A stretch of 63,762 nucleotides of DNA, the filler included. It is 5 parts of 5 records of this genome, joined end to end, with 100 filler letters (N's around TTAATTAATTAA, not from the genome) between each part and the next. Parts side by side here need not be neighbours in the genome. Positions count along the whole stretch, not along the records: positions 58,612 to 63,762 come from SRR20825006_1174; 4 more parts are not named here. The stretch is one strand, 5' to 3'. Positions 59,137 through 63,762 of this stretch are shown in pieces. Under the pieces are notes generated by a model. That model was not told the origin of the DNA. It saw only the letters and a list, made by a program, of their open reading frames with translations, and did not search any database. A program made the position numbers and the translations under genes. Position 1 is the stretch's first letter; every line of letters begins with the position of its first letter.

Positions 59137-59193
59137 GAATAATTATTTCTTTTAAGGAAACTCTATCGTCGGGTTAGATATGTTGCAAGGCAG
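59137..59193 (-). promoter_or_regulatory. sigma70-type promoter with conserved operator-like boxes (copy 1)
   Basis: Minus strand TTGCAA-N17-TAGAGT, then the AATAATTATT palindrome. Confidence 0.6.
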
Positions 59194-59311
59194 CATATGG
59201 TGAAATTACGAAACAGGTCTTGTGAAGGGCCGTAAACAGACATGCAGGATGAAAGTCGCCCATCGTGGTTCACGCAAATGGACGACTTTTATGTTGCGCC
59301 GCAGGCGGAGT

Positions 59312-61075
59312 TTATTCCGCTGCGATAGAAAATTTGCGGCAATGTGCATGATAAAGTGTTTCAAGTTCATCAGCGCCAATCAGGCTTCCTGCTTCGTCCT
59401 TGTAGGTCAGATGATGGTTGACCTCCTGACCTTGCCAAAGTTTCTCGATTTCCGCGCGTTCGGCGGTGCCACGGAATTCGGTGATGAATTCATTGATTGC
59501 ACATAGCAATTTCGAAGATGCCGGTTCGGCGGCAACTGCGGCCGTATAGTAGTAAGGCAAGGGCAGGATATTGCCCGGCAGAACCTCAATCTTGTTATGC
59601 CACGGGCTTTCGGGGTTGTTTGCCGCCCAGTGGAAGATGGGTTGATCAACGGCAAAGGCATCGACAGTTCCATCGGCAAGAGCATCATGCAGGCGTGTCT
59701 GATCGCTATAGGAAATAAGGTTGGATAGCTTTGCGATGCCACCCGGCTTGTTTTCGTTGTCAGACCAACGAAGTCCCTGCTCTTCAAGCACGGTAAAGGC
59801 GACCGGATCATTGATAATGCCAAGCACCTTGCCATTCAGATCAGAAAGCTTGTTGATTTCCGTATTTCCGGCCCGACGACACAAGGCAAAATTCAGATAG
59901 GTGTAAGTATCTGAGTAGGCGACCCCTTTATAAAAATCACTGGGGGGAAGTGCGCTCCAGACAACATCGGCGGTCGGTTGGCCGGATTTTGCGCCAACAA
60001 ACAGAAGTTCGGTTAGCAAATCCCACGGATGTTCAACAAATTCGCATTCAACGCCAAGCCATTTGGCCAATGCGCGGGCGTAATCAGCATCAAGTCCGCG
60101 CAATGGCATGTTTGGTTTAAGCCGGAACGATAGGCCAACAAAAGCCGGTTCAATCGCGATTCGGATTTTTCCCCGTGCCTTGATGTCCGCCAGACGATCA
60201 TAGGTCGGGTCATCATGCAGATGATTGGATTTAAGGAAATTTGTGATTTTTTGACTGGCAGTTCCGGTCTCACGCAGGCTCGTGGCCAATGACTTGGTGT
60301 CGCCATGCGCCCAGGTGACCTTGTTGCGTGTGCGAGCAGATGCATCTTTGCTTCCAGCAAGCAATTCAAACACCACTTGGTTATGTTCGGAAATATCTGA
60401 TAATCGACCAGACATATTGGCAAAGCGTTCTTGCAAGGTGGTTAGTGATCCTTCGATCTCGCTGCTGAGGCTATCAAGGTCGCTGCCAATATTTACCATG
60501 CTTTGGCGAAGGGACTGTGTCACTTCGGACAGATCAATCAGGTCAACTGCTTCGTTCGTGCGTTGCATCGTGCTTTGCGCAAGGTTTCCGACTTCCTTGG
60601 CAACCACGGCAAAACCACGTCCATGATCACCGGCACGCGCAGCTTCGATTGCCGCATTCAAGGCAAGAAGTTTGATGCCTTTGCCAATATCTTCGATCGC
60701 ACCGAGAACCTTGTTGGCCCCTTCGGCCTTGGTTTCAAGTTCTGCACTGATGCGTTCAAGGTCGGTTCGGATTGCTTCGGTCTTGGCACTTACCGTTGCC
60801 CGTGTATTGGTTTGGACATGGTGGGCGACATCGGTGCTGTCTTGGATTTCATGACTGGTTTCATCCAGGCCGGTGCGCAAATTGGTTGATCGTACGTCAA
60901 TTTCGCGCATCAGGCTGTCTTGGCTTTCTCCGGCTGTATTGGCGAATTCCAGAAGATGCTGGATGTAATCAAGTGCTGTTGAAATCCCGCGCATCAGGTC
61001 GTCTACCTGTTTTGATGATTGGGCCGGGTCTTGTGAGTCGTCTGAACCACGTGCCGCAAAAACAGTCTGTTCCAT
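59312..61075 (-). CDS. Soluble MCP signalling domain fused to a C-terminal amino-acid-type solute-binding domain
   Basis: [24 protein letters not shown]; then [33 protein letters not shown] (SBP_bac_3-like). No TM segment. Confidence 0.88.
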   Translation of the reverse strand: MEQTVFAARGSDDSQDPAQSSKQVDDLMRGISTALDYIQHLLEFANTAGESQDSLMREIDVRSTNLRTGLDETSHEIQDSTDVAHHVQTNTRATVSAKTEAIRTDLERISAELETKAEGANKVLGAIEDIGKGIKLLALNAAIEAARAGDHGRGFAVVAKEVGNLAQSTMQRTNEAVDLIDLSEVTQSLRQSMVNIGSDLDSLSSEIEGSLTTLQERFANMSGRLSDISEHNQVVFELLAGSKDASARTRNKVTWAHGDTKSLATSLRETGTASQKITNFLKSNHLHDDPTYDRLADIKARGKIRIAIEPAFVGLSFRLKPNMPLRGLDADYARALAKWLGVECEFVEHPWDLLTELLFVGAKSGQPTADVVWSALPPSDFYKGVAYSDTYTYLNFALCRRAGNTEINKLSDLNGKVLGIINDPVAFTVLEEQGLRWSDNENKPGGIAKLSNLISYSDQTRLHDALADGTVDAFAVDQPIFHWAANNPESPWHNKIEVLPGNILPLPYYYTAAVAAEPASSKLLCAINEFITEFRGTAERAEIEKLWQGQEVNHHLTYKDEAGSLIGADELETLYHAHCRKFSIAAE

Positions 61076-61118
61076 CGTAAATAGCCTCACCACTACCCAA
61101 GAGCATTTTTGATTTTGG

Positions 61119-61175
61119 GAATAATTATTTCTTGTAGTGAAATTTTAACGGCTAGCGACGTATGTTGCAAGGCAG
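61119..61175 (-). promoter_or_regulatory. sigma70-type promoter with conserved operator-like boxes (copy 2)
   Basis: Minus strand TTGCAA-N17-TAAAAT, then the AATAATTATT palindrome. Confidence 0.62.
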
Positions 61176-61300
61176 TATTCGCGATTAACGAGAGAAGACG
61201 TTTCTTCACTCGGTCCTAAGTTGATCTAAATCGGTTGGGTTTTTTGCGGGGTAATTTGACCAGCACAGGCCTTTTGTAAGACTGGCCTTGCGCGAGATAA

Positions 61301-61759
61301 TTATTCGCGGTGATAGGGATGATTGGTCTGAATGGCGTGGGCACGGAACAATTGTTCGGCAATCAGTGCACGCACCAACATATGCGGCCAGGTGGCCTTA
61401 CCCAGCGACCAAAGAGTATTGGCGCGTGATTTAAGGACTGTGCCATGACCGTCCGCCCCGCCAATGGCAAAGGCGATATTGCCCGCATATTGATCCATCC
61501 AGCCTTCAAGCTTCTGCGAAAAATCAATAGAGCCATATTCCTTGCCGCGCTCGTCAAGGGCGATCAGAAAGGCATTGTCAGGAATAGCGCCAAGCAGGAG
61601 TTCTGCTTCGCGGTCTTTCAGCTGATTTGGCGGGAGTTTTTTCTTTTCTTCGACTTCGCGGACAACGAATGGCCAGCGCAGTCGGGCAGCATAATGGTCA
61701 AACAAATCTTTCTCGGGGCCGGACTTCATCCGGCCTACCGCTGCAAGAGTGATTTGCAT
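61301..61759 (-). CDS. rlmH: 23S rRNA m3Psi1915 methyltransferase
   Basis: AVGRMK, LDERGK, IGGADG, TWPHMLVR..EQLFRA..HPYHRE. Confidence 0.96.
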   Translation of the reverse strand: MQITLAAVGRMKSGPEKDLFDHYAARLRWPFVVREVEEKKKLPPNQLKDREAELLLGAIPDNAFLIALDERGKEYGSIDFSQKLEGWMDQYAGNIAFAIGGADGHGTVLKSRANTLWSLGKATWPHMLVRALIAEQLFRAHAIQTNHPYHRE

Positions 61760-61839
61760 GTTTCTGATCCAGACCGTTACGCTGATAGTGTCAGGCGTGC
61801 GCTTGAGGATCACCTCAAGCGCGCCAAGCGGCGAGACTG

Positions 61840-62184
61840 TTAATACAGTCGCGCTGCCTGCTGTTTCAGTGCCGGATTTTCAACGCCCCACATCTCTTCG
61901 ATGTTGTAGAAAGCGCGTACTTCCGAACGGAACAAATGGACGATGACATCACCGGTATCAACCAGAACCCAGTCACCCTGTTCCTTGCCTTCTGCCAAGG
62001 CGCGGCCCTGACCGGCATTCTTTATCACCTCAACGAGATGCTCTGCCATGGCTGCCACGCGACGCGAGGACGAGCCGGTAGCAATGATCATGTGATCGGC
62101 AATAGAAGTTTTGTCGATCAAATCAATGGTAACAAGGTCTTCGGCCTTGTCATCTACGAGAGTACTCTGGATCAGCGAAAGCAT
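61840..62184 (-). CDS. rsfS: Ribosome silencing factor (start uncertain, may lie further upstream)
   Basis: DDKAEDL, IATGSS.R, GDWVLVDTGDVIVHLF..RAFYNIE. Confidence 0.93.
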   Translation of the reverse strand: MLSLIQSTLVDDKAEDLVTIDLIDKTSIADHMIIATGSSSRRVAAMAEHLVEVIKNAGQGRALAEGKEQGDWVLVDTGDVIVHLFRSEVRAFYNIEEMWGVENPALKQQAARLY

Positions 62185-62284
62185 TTCGCCGGAAGTCAGA
62201 GATTGTTTTGCGGTACCTATGGTCGCCACCTTAATTTTCACGCGATGGCCCGGTTTAAACCGAAAGCACACATCGCTGTATTGC

Positions 62285-62893
62285 TTACACCTGCCATCTG
62301 CCTTCGGCGCGAATTGCGGTCGAAGAAGCCGGATGGCGCTTGATTGGCAGGTATACCCAGGCCGGAACATCCAGATCGGCCAGCAAACCCGCCCTGTCCA
62401 TAGGGATGCGCCAGCGTTCCATACGGCGCGCGGCAGTCCCGGACAATGCCTTGTTAGAATACCCTTCACGGTCGATAACCGCAATGGGAGCACGTAAAAT
62501 CAACCTGTCCCACCATTTCCACTTATGGAACTGGGCCAGGTTGTCTGCTCCCATCAGCCAAACGAACTGTGTTCGGGTAAAACGGCGCTGCAAGGCTGCA
62601 AGAGTATCGGCCGTATAGCGGGTTCCGAGCTCGGTTTCAATTGCAGAAACCACAATGCGGGGATGCTTGGCCATCATTAGTGCTGAATCAAAGCGATCCG
62701 CAAGGTCTGCCATGCCCGATCTGGACTTCAGCGGGTTCTGTGGTGAGACAAGCCACCAGACCGCGTCCAACCTTAGGCGTTTCAACGCTTCTAGCGTGAT
62801 ATGCAGATGGCCTTCATGGGCGGGATTAAACGACCCGCCCAACAAACCAACCCGTGGCGGAGCCACATGCGATCTTGGCGTGCCAAAGGTCAT
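62285..62893 (-). CDS. nadD: Nicotinate-nucleotide adenylyltransferase
   Basis: [24 protein letters not shown]. Confidence 0.95.
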   Translation of the reverse strand: MTFGTPRSHVAPPRVGLLGGSFNPAHEGHLHITLEALKRLRLDAVWWLVSPQNPLKSRSGMADLADRFDSALMMAKHPRIVVSAIETELGTRYTADTLAALQRRFTRTQFVWLMGADNLAQFHKWKWWDRLILRAPIAVIDREGYSNKALSGTAARRMERWRIPMDRAGLLADLDVPAWVYLPIKRHPASSTAIRAEGRWQV

Positions 62894-63762
62894 GGACGTG
62901 TCTGACCTTGGCCGCGAACGATGTATTTATAGCTTGTAAGCTGTTCGACTCCGACCGGACCGCGTGCATGAAGCTTGCCGGTCGAAATACCGATTTCCGC
63001 ACCCATGCCAAATTCACCGCCATCTGCGAACTGCGTTGACGCATTTACAATGACGATCCCGGAATCGACACCATTAAGGAAAGTCGTCGTTGCAGTGGCA
63101 TTTTCAGCAATGATTGCATCGGTATGGTGGGAGCCAAATGTATTGATATGATCAACTGCCTCATCAACACCCGAAACAACCTTGATTGCGACAATCGCAT
63201 CAAGATATTCCGTCACCCAGTCATCCGATGTTGCCGGTTTGATACGACCATCCACAGCCTGTGCCGTTTCATCGCCGCGCAGCTCGCAGCCTTTGGCGAC
63301 CAGTGCTTCGGCAATGCGGGGCAGTAAACGGCCCGCGACCGAATTGTCGATCAAAACGGTTTCAGTCGCACCACAAACACCAACACGGCGCATCTTGGCA
63401 TTGACGACAATGTCGACCGCCTTCTGCGGGTCTGCACTGGCATGGACATAGGTGTGGCACAGGCCTTCAAGATGCTTGAACAGCGGAATGCGGCTTTCTT
63501 CGGTGATGCGCGAAATAAGCGACTTGCCCCCACGTGGCACAATCACATCGATGTAATCAGAAAGTTTCAGCATTTCGCCCACGGCGGCGCGATCCGTGAT
63601 CGGGATCATCTGAATGGCATGGTCAGGTAATCCGGCTTCGCGGATTCCGGCCACCATGCAGTCAAAGATCGCACGCGATGAATGGAAGCTTTCCGAACCG
63701 CCACGCAAGATCGCGGCATTGCCCGATTTGAGGCACATGGCACCGGCATCGGCCGTCACATT
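62890..63762 (-). CDS. proA: Gamma-glutamyl phosphate reductase, 5' part outside the window
   Basis: [46 protein letters not shown]. Confidence 0.97.
   Translation of the reverse strand, partial: NVTADAGAMCLKSGNAAILRGGSESFHSSRAIFDCMVAGIREAGLPDHAIQMIPITDRAAVGEMLKLSDYIDVIVPRGGKSLISRITEESRIPLFKHLEGLCHTYVHASADPQKAVDIVVNAKMRRVGVCGATETVLIDNSVAGRLLPRIAEALVAKGCELRGDETAQAVDGRIKPATSDDWVTEYLDAIVAIKVVSGVDEAVDHINTFGSHHTDAIIAENATATTTFLNGVDSGIVIVNASTQFADGGEFGMGAEIGISTGKLHARGPVGVEQLTSYKYIVRGQGQTRP

Overview
The window is not one locus. It is five unrelated contigs joined by 100-nt artificial spacers (N44-TTAATTAATTAA-N44) at 25116-25215, 40833-40932, 47437-47536 and 58512-58611. Taxonomic labels below are inferred from composition and gene content. 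(1) 1-25115 is a GC-rich alphaproteobacterium (Rhizobiales-like). It carries a sugar/polyol catabolic cluster: DddP/M24-like enzyme, two SDRs, a ribose-type ABC system, a 3-hydroxyacid dehydrogenase and a ThuA protein. The cluster includes an unusual wHTH-solute-binding-protein fusion and a clear palindromic operator. The contig also has a coupled 2176-aa Ig-repeat adhesin plus 1254-aa outer-membrane barrel, two orphan effector/translocator-like ORFs behind an AT-rich region, and kdgF. (2) 25216-40832 is an AT-rich Flavobacteriaceae-like contig with a DUF3857 pair, crcB, an MFS gene preceded by a leader-peptide attenuator, a Flavo-1-like RNA element, an AGCS symporter, regulators, a desaturase, a methyltransferase and a long PLP enzyme. 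(3) 40933-47436 is an alphaproteobacterium with a tRNA-Leu fragment, fliN-like gene, lipB, a kinase-M23-aminotransferase fusion, rimO and the start of folP. (4) 47537-58511 is Hyphomonadaceae-like: tRNA-Gln, a structured leader, a TtpB-TtpC-ExbB-ExbD-ExbD-TonB-TonB-TtpD cluster, MoxR/VWA and the start of a BVMO. (5) 58612-63762 is Rhodospirillales/Thalassospira-like: tandem soluble chemoreceptors (the complete one has a C-terminal binding-protein domain) sharing a promoter architecture, then rlmH, rsfS, nadD and proA. No CRISPR array, integrase or transposase was seen.
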